Source: Longimicrobiales bacterium (GTDB lineage: Bacteria > Gemmatimonadota > Gemmatimonadetes > Longimicrobiales > Gaopeijiaceae). Taken from it: a stretch of DNA of 64,000 bases. The stretch is from assembly GCA_965219445.1 (NCBI GenBank), contig CBDCNQ010000004.1, positions 736,001 through 800,000 on the forward strand, in the 5' to 3' direction. A model generated the notes under the pieces. That model searched no databases, was not told where the DNA came from, and saw nothing but the letters and a program-made list of their open reading frames with translations. The position numbers were made by a program, and so were the translations under genes. Of this stretch, positions 51,590 through 61,838 are shown one piece after another. Numbering within the stretch: the first letter of the stretch is position 1; every line of letters starts with the position of its first letter.

Positions 51590-53601
51590 CGGACCACCTC
51601 CGGGTCCACGGTGCTCGGCAAGGCATAAGCGATCACGTGGTCGCCCAAACTCGACCCTACGCCGTCGTGGCCTCCCACGGTGATCACCACGAACTGGCGC
51701 GCGCCTGGCCACGCTCGGTAGGTCATCGGGGACGACTGGGCCGATGCAGGGAGTTTCGTCTTCCACACGACCTCCCCGGTCGTGAGGTCGAAGGCCCGGA
51801 AACGCCGATCCATCGTTGCGCCAATGAAGACGAGGCCGCCCGTGACCAGAGGTCCGCCGAGATTCGGAGATCCCCAGCGGCCGGGAGACGGCACCTTCGT
51901 GATGTCGGTCATCGTCCCGAGCGGGACTTCCCAGGCGACCTCACCCGAGTTCATGTCCACCGCGTGGAGTACGCCCCACGGCGGCGGCGTGCACGGAATC
52001 CCCAAGGGCGACAGGAGTGGTTCGCGCTTCGCGGCGTACGGTGTACCCATCTGCGGCGCGACGGAGAATTTTGCGTCCTCGCCTGGTGCGGAGCTGGAAT
52101 CCGCGACCTCGCGCGGAATCAGCGTGGCGACCATCGCGAGGCGGTTCGTGTTCGTGATCAGGAGGCCCGTGGTCGGGTCGAATCCGGCTCCACCCCACTC
52201 CATCCCGCCGATGAAGCCCGGATTGGCGATCGTGCCACGCAGGCTCGGCGGCGCATACATCCCGTCCGAACGGTGACCCTCGATCTTGGCTCTGCACGCG
52301 GCCCGATCGACGGGTGTGAGGCCCCACGCGTCCTCAGGCTTCAAGCCGTGAGGAGCCAGCGAGCGTGGTAGTGTCGGGACGGGCTGCGTGGGTGAGATGA
52401 CCTCCCCCGGCACATCCGAAGCGGGCACCGGGATCTCCTCGATCGGGAAGAGCGGCTCTCCCGTCTCCCGATGGAAGACGAAGACGTACCCCATCTTGGT
52501 CGTCTGGACCACGGCCGGGATGTCCTCGCCGTCGCGTTGCAGCGTGATCAGAGCTGCAGGACTGGGCAGGTCGTAGTCCCACAGGTCGTGGTGCACCATC
52601 TGGAAGTGCCAAACGACCTCACCGGTGAAGCCGCGAAGCGCGACCAGGGAGTTCGCGTACCGGTTGTCACCGGGCCGCAATCCACCGTAATGGTCCGGGC
52701 TGGGACTCCCCGTCGGGACGAAGAGCAGATCGCGCTCGGCATCCGCTGTGATGGTCGCCCACGTGTTGGCGGCTCCGAGCTTCACCGGCTCACCGTTCGG
52801 GAGCGTGTCGCCGACGCCGACGAGCGGCTCCCACGCCCACCGCGACGCACCGGTACGCGCGTCGAAGCCTCGGACGACCCCGGACGGGGCGTCCGCGTAG
52901 TTGCCGTCGAAGATCGTCGACCCGACCACGACCAGGTCGCCGATCACGGTCGGAGGTGCGGTGTGCTTGAGCTGAGTTCGGCGGCCCTCGATCCTGGCAA
53001 CGCCGACGCCGAGGTCCACGCCCCAGCCGCCAGCGAAGTCCGAGCAGGGCACGCCCGTCGAAGCGTCCAGAGAGAACAGGCGTGCATCGTACGCGGCAAG
53101 GAAGACCCGAACGGCACACTCCTCGCCGGAGGCGCGGGACTCGTCGGTCCAGACCGACAGGCCGCGCGAGGTCACCATGTTGTGGTGCTCGTCCGTTCGA
53201 TCTAGCTCGGGATCGAAGGTCCAGAGCTCGCTCCCCGTCTCGGCGTCGAGGGCGATGGCTCGGCTGAACGGGGTCATTATGTAAAGGACACCGTCGACCA
53301 TGACGGGGGTGGACTCGAACGCGGTCCCGGCGAGCCCGTCCTCGTGCTTCTGCACGTCGCCGGTCCGATACGACCAAGCGACGTCGAGATACGCGACGTT
53401 GTCGGCCGAGATGTCGGACAAGACCGAATAATGCGCGCCCCCGTTCCCATCCGACGTCGGCCAATCATGCGGTTCGAAGCCGGGAGTAAAGCTTGGTGAC
53501 GGGGCGGTCGTGGACACGAAACCCATCACGGTCAATAGGACGGCTACAATGGCAAAGCGCGGGGGTCCTGCCGCGCGGGAAAACCTTGAAATCCAAGACA
53601 T
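51586..53601 (-). CDS. PQQ-dependent dehydrogenase (glucose/quinate/shikimate type)
   Basis: FESTP, WHFQMVHHDLWDYD, GGMEWGG, PCTPPPWG; N-terminal signal/anchor. Confidence 0.9.
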   Translation of the reverse strand: MSWISRFSRAAGPPRFAIVAVLLTVMGFVSTTAPSPSFTPGFEPHDWPTSDGNGGAHYSVLSDISADNVAYLDVAWSYRTGDVQKHEDGLAGTAFESTPVMVDGVLYIMTPFSRAIALDAETGSELWTFDPELDRTDEHHNMVTSRGLSVWTDESRASGEECAVRVFLAAYDARLFSLDASTGVPCSDFAGGWGVDLGVGVARIEGRRTQLKHTAPPTVIGDLVVVGSTIFDGNYADAPSGVVRGFDARTGASRWAWEPLVGVGDTLPNGEPVKLGAANTWATITADAERDLLFVPTGSPSPDHYGGLRPGDNRYANSLVALRGFTGEVVWHFQMVHHDLWDYDLPSPAALITLQRDGEDIPAVVQTTKMGYVFVFHRETGEPLFPIEEIPVPASDVPGEVISPTQPVPTLPRSLAPHGLKPEDAWGLTPVDRAACRAKIEGHRSDGMYAPPSLRGTIANPGFIGGMEWGGAGFDPTTGLLITNTNRLAMVATLIPREVADSSSAPGEDAKFSVAPQMGTPYAAKREPLLSPLGIPCTPPPWGVLHAVDMNSGEVAWEVPLGTMTDITKVPSPGRWGSPNLGGPLVTGGLVFIGATMDRRFRAFDLTTGEVVWKTKLPASAQSSPMTYRAWPGARQFVVITVGGHDGVGSSLGDHVIAYALPSTVDPEVVR

Positions 53602-53902
53602 GTGAGCCTCCGGTATCGGTGTGCGTTACCATCGGTCTCACGTTGTCGAATTAGCTGCCGGCTCTCTCTACGCCATCGTACGTAGAGCAGAGTCCCATTA
53701 CACGTAGGCTGCGCAGCCCCATGACGTAGCGTCGGGCGGAGCATGACGTATCCCCTCCGGCCGACGGACAACGGTCATGGCGCAACCCGTCTACGTAATC
53801 AGCACGCACGTGGTACGTCACTTGGCGTAGGGAATCGCTGTCCCGATTGGACCATCCTTCCCGTACACACGAAGGACAACTACTCAAGGAAGGAGGGACA
53901 GC

Positions 53903-54655
53903 ATGTCACGCCACTTGGGGATCGCCCCTACACTTATTCTCATCCTGCTCCTGGCGGCCGGCAGAGCGGACACGCTCACGGCTCAGGAGTCGGGTCGCAC
54001 CATTCCCTGCGAATCATTGGATGACGATTCCGCCTACCCGCTCGGGTACGAGCAGACCTTGGACCTAGCGATCCAGGCCGTTCATATCGGGCGCGCAGAG
54101 CCTGAAAAGGATGATCGGAAGTGTTTCCTGCGAATGGCGGAAGCACTGGCACGGCACCTCGTCTTCGAAGATCCGAACGATCCCGAGGCGCGTTACTGGT
54201 ATTCGGCAGCGATGGGGCTTCGGGCAGCTGAGGAGGGAGGCCGCACTCAGGTTCGTCTCGCGGAACGTGCCCACGAGCAGTCCCGCCTCACCCTGACGAT
54301 CGCGCCGGATCATGCCGGTGCTCAGCACGTCCTGGGAAGGCTCCACGCCGCCGTGATGCGCCTGGGCGGTTTCAAGCGCTTCGTCGCAACCCAGATTCTG
54401 GGGGGGAAGGCCCTTTCCGAGGCATCCTGGGAGACCGCTGAATCCTTCCTGGCAGCGGCTGCCAAATTGCAGCCGGAGGTTCCAGACCATCACTACGAGC
54501 TGGGCATCCTCTACCTGGAAACAGATCGCCCCGCGTTGGCACTCGCGGCGTTCGAAGGCGTCTTGGCGTGCCCACCGACCCACCCCGCCGACCGGGCAGT
54601 GCAAGTAAGTGCCGGCGAGATGGTCGAGCGGTTGCGTCTTGAACTCGCGGCGTAG
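53903..54655 (+). CDS. Exported TPR-like protein
   Basis: AGGAGG RBS region; signal peptide; helical repeats (EARYWYSAAMG, HHYELGILY). Confidence 0.7.
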   Translation: MSRHLGIAPTLILILLLAAGRADTLTAQESGRTIPCESLDDDSAYPLGYEQTLDLAIQAVHIGRAEPEKDDRKCFLRMAEALARHLVFEDPNDPEARYWYSAAMGLRAAEEGGRTQVRLAERAHEQSRLTLTIAPDHAGAQHVLGRLHAAVMRLGGFKRFVATQILGGKALSEASWETAESFLAAAAKLQPEVPDHHYELGILYLETDRPALALAAFEGVLACPPTHPADRAVQVSAGEMVERLRLELAA

Positions 54656-54834
54656 GCGCCGGCGCCGGCGTGGGCTCGGCCCGGAGCCGAAGCCCGCGCC
54701 GCCCCTCTGCAGGGCCCTTCCCCTCCCTGGCAAGCTGGCCCGCCCAGTAGTACCGTGGGGCGTCCCGTCGCCACCGCCTGCGCCGATGGGCGGCTGGCAA
54801 GCCATGACCGGACAAACGAACTCGGGCTGGGGCT

Positions 54835-56190
54835 GTGATGAGAATGAACCTGGGACGACTCGATATCGCCGCCACCTTGACCGTCCTATGGGCTCAGGCG
54901 GTCTCTGGTCAGACCGCGGCAGGCACGCTTCTGAGCGCGACCCAGGCGGTGGCCGAGCTACCGGGCGCCCCGTCGATTGTCGCGGCGGCCGGGCTCACGA
55001 GGACCAACGAGCGCCTTCTCACCCTCGAGGAAGCCGGGGGGGTCTCAGATCGTGCAATGCGCCTAGTGATTGTAGGCGGACTCGACGGAACGGCCGAGAG
55101 CGCCGAGGCAGTGCTCGAAGCTCTCCACTGGTTCAAGACGGACGCCCCGGCTGCGCTCCGGCGCGCATGGTCGATCACCGCGCTGCCGTGCGCCGATCCC
55201 CAGCGCTGTTCGACCGTGTCCCCTGCCACCGGTCTTGCAGCCGGAGGCGCGCAGGTCTTCCCCCCAGAAGGCGGCTTCTACAACCACGATGCATCTCCCG
55301 AGTCGCGGTACCTGTGGCGTTGGGTTGCGTTTCAGGCGCCCGATCTGGTCCTGGAGGTTCGCTCTGGCCAGACTCTCTCCTGGGAGGTCTCGCAGGGTGC
55401 CGGCCCACTTCGCCTCGACGGCCCACGTCCCCCCAGCGGTACGCTCGCAGCTGCAATGTCGGCGGGTGCACCCTCGGGATTGGCTCCAGTCGCAGCGGTC
55501 CGTGTCTCGACAAGCATCGACGATGCGCCCCGCATGCTACGGTCCCTGCTCGAGGCAGCGATGTCACTCGGCCGGTCGCCGCTACACGACGCGCTATTCG
55601 CTAGAGTCAGCCGAACACCGGTTGAGATCGCAACGGTCCTGGCCGGCCGGTATCCGGCGTCACCGGCCGTGAGCTACATCCCCGCGGTGGCGTGGTCCAA
55701 CACTCTGCGATTGGCGGCCCGACTCGGGGACGCCGGACTCGTCGAAAACGTACGAAGCCAGATGGCACCGTTTCTTTCCGGAGAGATTGCGACGGTGACC
55801 GAGCCATACCGACTCACCAGCCTGGCCGGCCTCTTCGCGTTCCTGGACTTCTCGGTGCCCGGACGAAGCGACGGGGCGCTGAACGTCGCCATCACCGGCG
55901 CGGAGTTCATGTTCCCCCTATCCACCGAGGCGATCCTTCGGTCCCCGACCGGCTGGACCGACGACATGTTCATGGTGAGCAGCCTGCTGTCGCGTATCGG
56001 AGCCCATACCGGGGACGCTCGTTATGGCGCCACCGTGGGACGTCTCCTGGTCGATGTCTCCACCTCGACGGGAGCGGGCGAAACGAAGCAGTATTACCTC
56101 AATCGGACTGCCATATTCGGTGCCGACGATCGCGGTGGCGCGATGGCCCTGTGGGCGGCTGTGGAGATGGATGAGCTGCGCCGACAATGA
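54835..56190 (+). CDS. Degenerate M14-like domain + GH88/GH105-like domain, apparently with an in-frame internal deletion
   Basis: PESRYLWRW..PDLVLEV; WTDDMFM..TGDARY jumps to VDVSTSTG..DDRGGAMAL. Confidence 0.6.
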   Translation: MMRMNLGRLDIAATLTVLWAQAVSGQTAAGTLLSATQAVAELPGAPSIVAAAGLTRTNERLLTLEEAGGVSDRAMRLVIVGGLDGTAESAEAVLEALHWFKTDAPAALRRAWSITALPCADPQRCSTVSPATGLAAGGAQVFPPEGGFYNHDASPESRYLWRWVAFQAPDLVLEVRSGQTLSWEVSQGAGPLRLDGPRPPSGTLAAAMSAGAPSGLAPVAAVRVSTSIDDAPRMLRSLLEAAMSLGRSPLHDALFARVSRTPVEIATVLAGRYPASPAVSYIPAVAWSNTLRLAARLGDAGLVENVRSQMAPFLSGEIATVTEPYRLTSLAGLFAFLDFSVPGRSDGALNVAITGAEFMFPLSTEAILRSPTGWTDDMFMVSSLLSRIGAHTGDARYGATVGRLLVDVSTSTGAGETKQYYLNRTAIFGADDRGGAMALWAAVEMDELRRQ

Positions 56191-59100
56191 GACAATCCAA
56201 CAACCGTAACGACGCCAACGACGCCATGGCATGCCGACCCGTCCTGAAGCCGCTCCCTCTCTTCTCACTGGTGTTGTCCTTCATGCTCGCCACCCCTTGG
56301 GGTGCGTCCGCGCAAAACCCAGCCGATTCCATCGTCCCGCCAGGCGACATCCGAGACGTTTTCGCCACCGGCTACGTGCTCGAGGACCGGAACAGCGACG
56401 AGGTGGTGGACTTCGTGAACGCCCGGATCCTCCTTCCGGCCGCACCCGGGGAGGCCCACGTGACGGCCGCGGCCAACTTGGCGGCCCGTCTGGGCTACGA
56501 GACATCGGCGATGAACCTCGGATTGACGGAAACGGGTGGGGACGGCTCGAGCCGCTTCGATGTTCCGGTCATTCTGATCGGCGAGGGCGCCGGCGGCACT
56601 GACGAGCTGCTCGATGGCCCCACGGCGCGCCTCGCACCCGGCCAGGGCGCCATCTCCTTCTTGCCGGAGGGCGGGCGTTTCATCCGCGGTGGTATCCGGA
56701 TTACCGGCTACGACGCCACGGGACTCATCGCCGCCGCCGACTACGCCTCCGGACGTTACCCCAGCGTGTGGGGAATCGAAGGCGACAGCTACAGTGATGT
56801 GGCCGAGCGGATCTCGACTTTTCTGGAACAGCGGGACGTTCGAGTCGATCGGCTCACCCTCGACCGGATCGTCGTAGATGCGACTCGGCTCGGGGTGAGG
56901 CGTCTCGTGGCCACCATCAGCGTTCCAGACAGCACCTCCTTCGCCAGAGCGGAGGCCGCGCTCGAGCCGCCGGATTCGGTCTCGGCGGCGGCGGACTCGG
57001 CGGCGGACGGCGGCCCCCCACCCGATTCCGCGTCCGAAGGAGACGGAGGGGACCCAGACCGCCTCAGCCGGAGCGACCTCGAGTTCGCCGACCTCCACCG
57101 GATCGATGCCGTCCTGTCTGGACCCGATGCGACTCGGACACTGCGCCTGCTCCCCGACGAGCCGACCGAGACGCTAGCTGGAGCCGAATTTTCCCCGCCG
57201 ACCGCATCCGACTTCACCCTCTCCGACCTCTATACCACTCGGGGTCTCTTCAGTGATACGAACGAGGACCTCGTTGCCGATCGGGTCGATGCCTACATCT
57301 CACTCCACGGTGCCGACGCACCATCAGGGCCGGTCGATCTCGCCGCGCGCATCGGGCTGGAGTCAGCGGGGATCCGGCTTCCCCTGGTCCGAACGGCGGG
57401 CCAAGACGATTACCCGGAGACCCTGGGCCTCCCGATCCTGTACGGAATCGGCCATTACCAAACCGAGAGGCTTCGGGGGGATGGCCAACTGCACACGGCC
57501 CGGGGGGAGCCGACCGAGGGGTTCGTCGAGATGGTCCCAGAGGCGTTCGACGAAGAGCACGCTCTTGTCATCTCAGGATCGGACACCGCCGGACTTGCCG
57601 CGGTGTCCGCCTACGTATCGCGGAGGCTTCCCTACCTCTGGGACCATGGCAAAGGTGAGTACAGGCTAGACGATGTTGAAAACGAGGTCCGGCGCTTCTT
57701 CCAGGGACGGGGGGGGCCGGCCCAACTCAGCCTGGCGATCCAAAAGGTTCGGACCTGGCTGGACCGCCTGGATGCGTCCCCGGCGGATGACTCCGTGAAC
57801 GGCCAAGCGGAGGACTCGGCGAACGCCCAAGCGGACGGCCCGGTGAACGCCCAAGCCGACGCACCCGTGGAGGCGATTGATCTCGAGATCTCCGCAGAGC
57901 AGATGCCTGACGGACTCGACCGGTTCGTGCGGGATCTGGTGGAGGAGCGCTTCCCCGAGGCGGAGGCTTCGGTAGCGACCTACGCGACGGGGTTCGGCGT
58001 GGGTGACACCATCTTCCGGCAAGACCTCGACCTCCCGTGGGAGGTGGACACCTTCCGAGACGCGTTCGCGAGCGAGGTGCTTCCCCGGATCGACCCCGGC
58101 GACGAGGGGCGAATCGAGGTGCGCGTGAGCGAGCCCCCCGAGATCCGGCAGGCGCTGGAGGCGGAGATCACCGCCGCCCTGGAGTCAAACGGCGCATCCC
58201 CAAGTGACTTCGATATCGAAGTGCTGAGCGCATACAAGCAGGGATTTAGCTGGCTCAATGACTCCGTCCTGCCACGACTTCGGGGTATGGCGATCGCAAG
58301 CATCGAGATCGCCTACCATACGCTGAAGGAATCCGAGGAAGTCCGGTGGCAGAGAGTCGCCTCCCACACTCGATGGCTCCAGGAGCTGTATCCGATCGAC
58401 GCGGTGCTCGCGCGGGAGCTCGGGATTGCCGAGTCGGCCATTACGTTCGTCCCCCGAGTCAATGACGATCCCATCTACACGGTCACGGTTCGAGGTACCG
58501 GTGGGGAAACATTACTGCAGGATTCCTTCACACCGAAGTACGTCGTTCGGCCCTTTTTCGACCTGTTCCCAGAGTACGAGCAGGTACGGGTCACCACGGG
58601 CTGGGTGAGGGTCGAAGTCGATGGGCAAGCGGTCCTCGACCGCCGTATCGAGACCGACCCGGAGACCTTCTGGGACATCCTTCAGACCGAGACGTACCGC
58701 AGGATTGTCGACTACGTCATGGACGTTCAGCAGGGCCGGCCCTCGTCCGCTAATGCTCCGTACTACGACGAGTTCCGGATCGATCTCAGAATGAGCGAGC
58801 CGAACTACCGGATCGGCATCGACGAAGAGGTGATCTCCTCATTGGAGGCATTACACGAGGACCTCTACTTCGAGACCCTGACGCTCTTCAACCTGATCGG
58901 TGGACGCTACGGGGCTGGGCCAATGAGCTACGGGGGACGGATTCTCCCATACATCGATCCCAACGGGGCAGGGAGGCCGGGGCACGCTACGATCTCATTC
59001 ACGGGCAAAGACAGGGCGATCCCCGAAGTGGAGATGACCGTGACGCGGGCAGATTCGGAGCCCGTAACCGAGCGTTACCGGCTGAGCAGCCTCCCCGTGG

Positions 59101-60620
59101 ACGCTCCGAAGCTCAGAGGCATCGCGGTCCGTGCAGGAGAGGAGGGGCTTTCGCGGATGCATTTCGACGTGGTGGTGAGCGACTCGACAGACCGCTACGA
59201 GGAATTCCGGAGCCGGGGCTCCGAGGAGATCATCGACCGGAGCTTCCTGTCCGTCGAGTTGCTCTCCGGGATGGTCGACGCTCTGCGGGACCTTCACCAG
59301 GACGGGATGATCGAGGAGGCATTGAGCTTCGATCGAGTCGAGGAACTGGCATTCCGCTTCACGCTGGAGGACAGCACGGCGTTTACGCGGATGGCCTCCC
59401 TGGCCCGCAGCCAGGGGCCTGCCTCGACGGACAATCCCGTGCTCCTCGACGAGGGGTTCCGATACCAAGGCGAGCGGATGGTACAATGGGACGCGCCCAT
59501 CCCGCCCGCGGAGAACGATCAGATCCTTGCCAAGCTGAACACGTTCCCAGGCGTGGACGTCTATTACATGGCGGAGTCGTTCCTGGGCCAGAACGTATAT
59601 GCAGCGGACTTTCTTCCACCCGCGGACGCCGAGTTCGTCTCTCAGGCGAAGCTGAACGCGCTGAAACCCACGCTGCTCCTGTCGGGACGACAGCACGCCA
59701 ACGAGGTCTCGAGCACGAGCCACATCCTTCGCCTCGGAGAGCTCCTCGCGACGGATTCCGCCTACGCCGATCTCCTCAAGAAAGTGAACGTCGTGCTCCA
59801 CCCGATCACAAACGCCGACGGTGCTCGCCTCGCGGTAGAGATGCAGGAGATCAACCCCGACTTCATGTTGCACGCCGGGTACCTGGGAGCGTTGGGGGTC
59901 GATGTCGTCGCCGGTCAGAACTCGGACGATCCGATCTACCCGGAGTCCAAGGTACGCCCGCGGCTCTGGGAGACGTGGCTTCCGGACATCTACATCAACA
60001 TGCACGGGTATCCCACGCACGAGTGGGTCCAGTACTTCGCCGGGTACAGTGCCTGGGTGAGGAGCCGCGACGGCGGCCAACGTGACTGGTGGTCCCCTCG
60101 CGGCTGGTTCATCCCGGGTTTCAACTGGGTCGATGACGACGACCACGAGGACATCACGACCGCCCAGTTCGCCATCCTGGATTCGGTGGCCGCGTCCATC
60201 ACGGGAGAGCCGGCAGTCGAGGAGATGAACCAACGCCTCTACACACGATATCGGAAGTACGGCGCGCAGGACGTTGAGAACTTTCGCGAATACTTCCACA
60301 ACGGCATGCTGATATCGCTCGCGCTCACGGGCCAAGAGGTGAGCGGCGACGGGCCCACGAACCCGCGCATCATGTACTTCGCGACAACGACCGAAGCACC
60401 CGACGAGACCGCTAGGGGAGAGTGGCTGCAGCTGGTAGCCACCGCCGGGTTGGCGCACAGCTCAGCGCTACTGCGCTACCTGGCCACCGGCGAGAATCGC
60501 ATTGAGAGGGATTCAAGCGAGTACGAGGGCTTCGTCACCCGAAGTGTGTTCCGGAAGAAGCCGATATTGCCCGCAACCTCCACTGAGGCGGAGGCGCCGG
60601 AGGACTCCGGTGTTCCTTAG
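56187..60620 (+). CDS. Very large secreted protein with a C-terminal M14 zinc carboxypeptidase domain
   Basis: Signal peptide; GRQHANE (HxxE), NADG, NMHGY; ATGA-coupled to the upstream gene. Confidence 0.82.
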   Translation: MRQSNNRNDANDAMACRPVLKPLPLFSLVLSFMLATPWGASAQNPADSIVPPGDIRDVFATGYVLEDRNSDEVVDFVNARILLPAAPGEAHVTAAANLAARLGYETSAMNLGLTETGGDGSSRFDVPVILIGEGAGGTDELLDGPTARLAPGQGAISFLPEGGRFIRGGIRITGYDATGLIAAADYASGRYPSVWGIEGDSYSDVAERISTFLEQRDVRVDRLTLDRIVVDATRLGVRRLVATISVPDSTSFARAEAALEPPDSVSAAADSAADGGPPPDSASEGDGGDPDRLSRSDLEFADLHRIDAVLSGPDATRTLRLLPDEPTETLAGAEFSPPTASDFTLSDLYTTRGLFSDTNEDLVADRVDAYISLHGADAPSGPVDLAARIGLESAGIRLPLVRTAGQDDYPETLGLPILYGIGHYQTERLRGDGQLHTARGEPTEGFVEMVPEAFDEEHALVISGSDTAGLAAVSAYVSRRLPYLWDHGKGEYRLDDVENEVRRFFQGRGGPAQLSLAIQKVRTWLDRLDASPADDSVNGQAEDSANAQADGPVNAQADAPVEAIDLEISAEQMPDGLDRFVRDLVEERFPEAEASVATYATGFGVGDTIFRQDLDLPWEVDTFRDAFASEVLPRIDPGDEGRIEVRVSEPPEIRQALEAEITAALESNGASPSDFDIEVLSAYKQGFSWLNDSVLPRLRGMAIASIEIAYHTLKESEEVRWQRVASHTRWLQELYPIDAVLARELGIAESAITFVPRVNDDPIYTVTVRGTGGETLLQDSFTPKYVVRPFFDLFPEYEQVRVTTGWVRVEVDGQAVLDRRIETDPETFWDILQTETYRRIVDYVMDVQQGRPSSANAPYYDEFRIDLRMSEPNYRIGIDEEVISSLEALHEDLYFETLTLFNLIGGRYGAGPMSYGGRILPYIDPNGAGRPGHATISFTGKDRAIPEVEMTVTRADSEPVTERYRLSSLPVDAPKLRGIAVRAGEEGLSRMHFDVVVSDSTDRYEEFRSRGSEEIIDRSFLSVELLSGMVDALRDLHQDGMIEEALSFDRVEELAFRFTLEDSTAFTRMASLARSQGPASTDNPVLLDEGFRYQGERMVQWDAPIPPAENDQILAKLNTFPGVDVYYMAESFLGQNVYAADFLPPADAEFVSQAKLNALKPTLLLSGRQHANEVSSTSHILRLGELLATDSAYADLLKKVNVVLHPITNADGARLAVEMQEINPDFMLHAGYLGALGVDVVAGQNSDDPIYPESKVRPRLWETWLPDIYINMHGYPTHEWVQYFAGYSAWVRSRDGGQRDWWSPRGWFIPGFNWVDDDDHEDITTAQFAILDSVAASITGEPAVEEMNQRLYTRYRKYGAQDVENFREYFHNGMLISLALTGQEVSGDGPTNPRIMYFATTTEAPDETARGEWLQLVATAGLAHSSALLRYLATGENRIERDSSEYEGFVTRSVFRKKPILPATSTEAEAPEDSGVP

Positions 60621-60797
60621 CGAGGAAAGGCTCCGGTCGGTGATCGTCCCGAAGGACTCCAGCCTGCCATAGGCTAGTACGAGTCCGCCCGTGCCCGGGA
60701 ACGGACGGGCGGCGCACAAGGTACACTTTCTAGCGCGGTGTTCCTTCTGCAACACTACGCCAGATCGTTACCTCGGCACCATCCGCCCTGAGGACTC

Positions 60798-61808
60798 ATG
60801 CGCCAGGCCCGCACAATCGTCACCACCGGACTGCTAGCCTGTGGTCTGGCGGCGTGCGGTGAAATTCCGAGGGCCTGGGGCGAGGTGAACAGCATTATCG
60901 TGGCGGCGTCCGACGAGCAGTGGGCGGCCGTCGGCTCGATGGTGGAAACTGCGCTCGAGACGAGGGTTCTCACGGTGCGGGCCGAGAAGACCTTCCGCGT
61001 CACACATCAGGTACCCGCGGGCCGGGAGTGGGGCCTGCTTCAGCGCTTCCGCCAACTCCTCCTCATCGGCACGCCCGAGTCTCCATGGATGGCCGAAGCG
61101 CTGGCGTACACCGAACGTGAGGGCTTCAACCCACCGGAGATCCTTCAGGTCGGGGACGTTTGGGCGCGGGGACAAAACGTCACCATCCTTCTCTTGCCCT
61201 CTTCGGGAGCAGACGGTGCGGAGGAACTCATGGACCCCCTCCACGAGCTCCTGGACGGCCAATACCGCCAGTGGGTACGCGGCCAGATGTTCCAGAGCGG
61301 ACGTGATTCCCTACTTGCCGACACGCTCTGGAACGAGGCGGGATTCACCATGCTCCTCCCGGAGGTGTACCGACGCAGGACGGTGGATTCGATCTATATC
61401 TTCAGGAATGACAATCCCAACCCCACCGAGCTGATCCGCCAGATCGCCGTCACCTGGAGAAATCCGGTTCCTGAGGAGTTGGGTCAAGAAGAGTTGCTGG
61501 CGTGGCGGACGGCCCTCACCGATCAGTACTACATCTATCCGCAGGTCATCGACACGGCGCTGGCCCAGACTCGCCGGCTCCAAATGGGCGACCTGGTCCT
61601 CGAGGAGTTCCGTGCAACATGGGCTAACCCGCCGGAGGACCAGTTTCCAGCCGGGGGACCCCTGATCGTCTGGTCCGTCCCCTGCCCGGCGCAGGATCGA
61701 CACTACCTGGTCGACGCCTGGCTATATGCCCCGGGAAGGGACAAGTACCGGTACGTGCTGCAGCTCGAGAACATTCTCAACACGTTCCGGTGCCGGGGGG
61801 CGGTGTAG
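60798..61808 (+). CDS. Lipoprotein, DUF4837-like
   Basis: Lipobox LAAC; DVWARGQ, GGP..YAPGRDK motifs. Confidence 0.7.
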   Translation: MRQARTIVTTGLLACGLAACGEIPRAWGEVNSIIVAASDEQWAAVGSMVETALETRVLTVRAEKTFRVTHQVPAGREWGLLQRFRQLLLIGTPESPWMAEALAYTEREGFNPPEILQVGDVWARGQNVTILLLPSSGADGAEELMDPLHELLDGQYRQWVRGQMFQSGRDSLLADTLWNEAGFTMLLPEVYRRRTVDSIYIFRNDNPNPTELIRQIAVTWRNPVPEELGQEELLAWRTALTDQYYIYPQVIDTALAQTRRLQMGDLVLEEFRATWANPPEDQFPAGGPLIVWSVPCPAQDRHYLVDAWLYAPGRDKYRYVLQLENILNTFRCRGAV

Positions 61809-61838
61809 CCCTCCCACGCTGACGCCAGCACTTTCATA

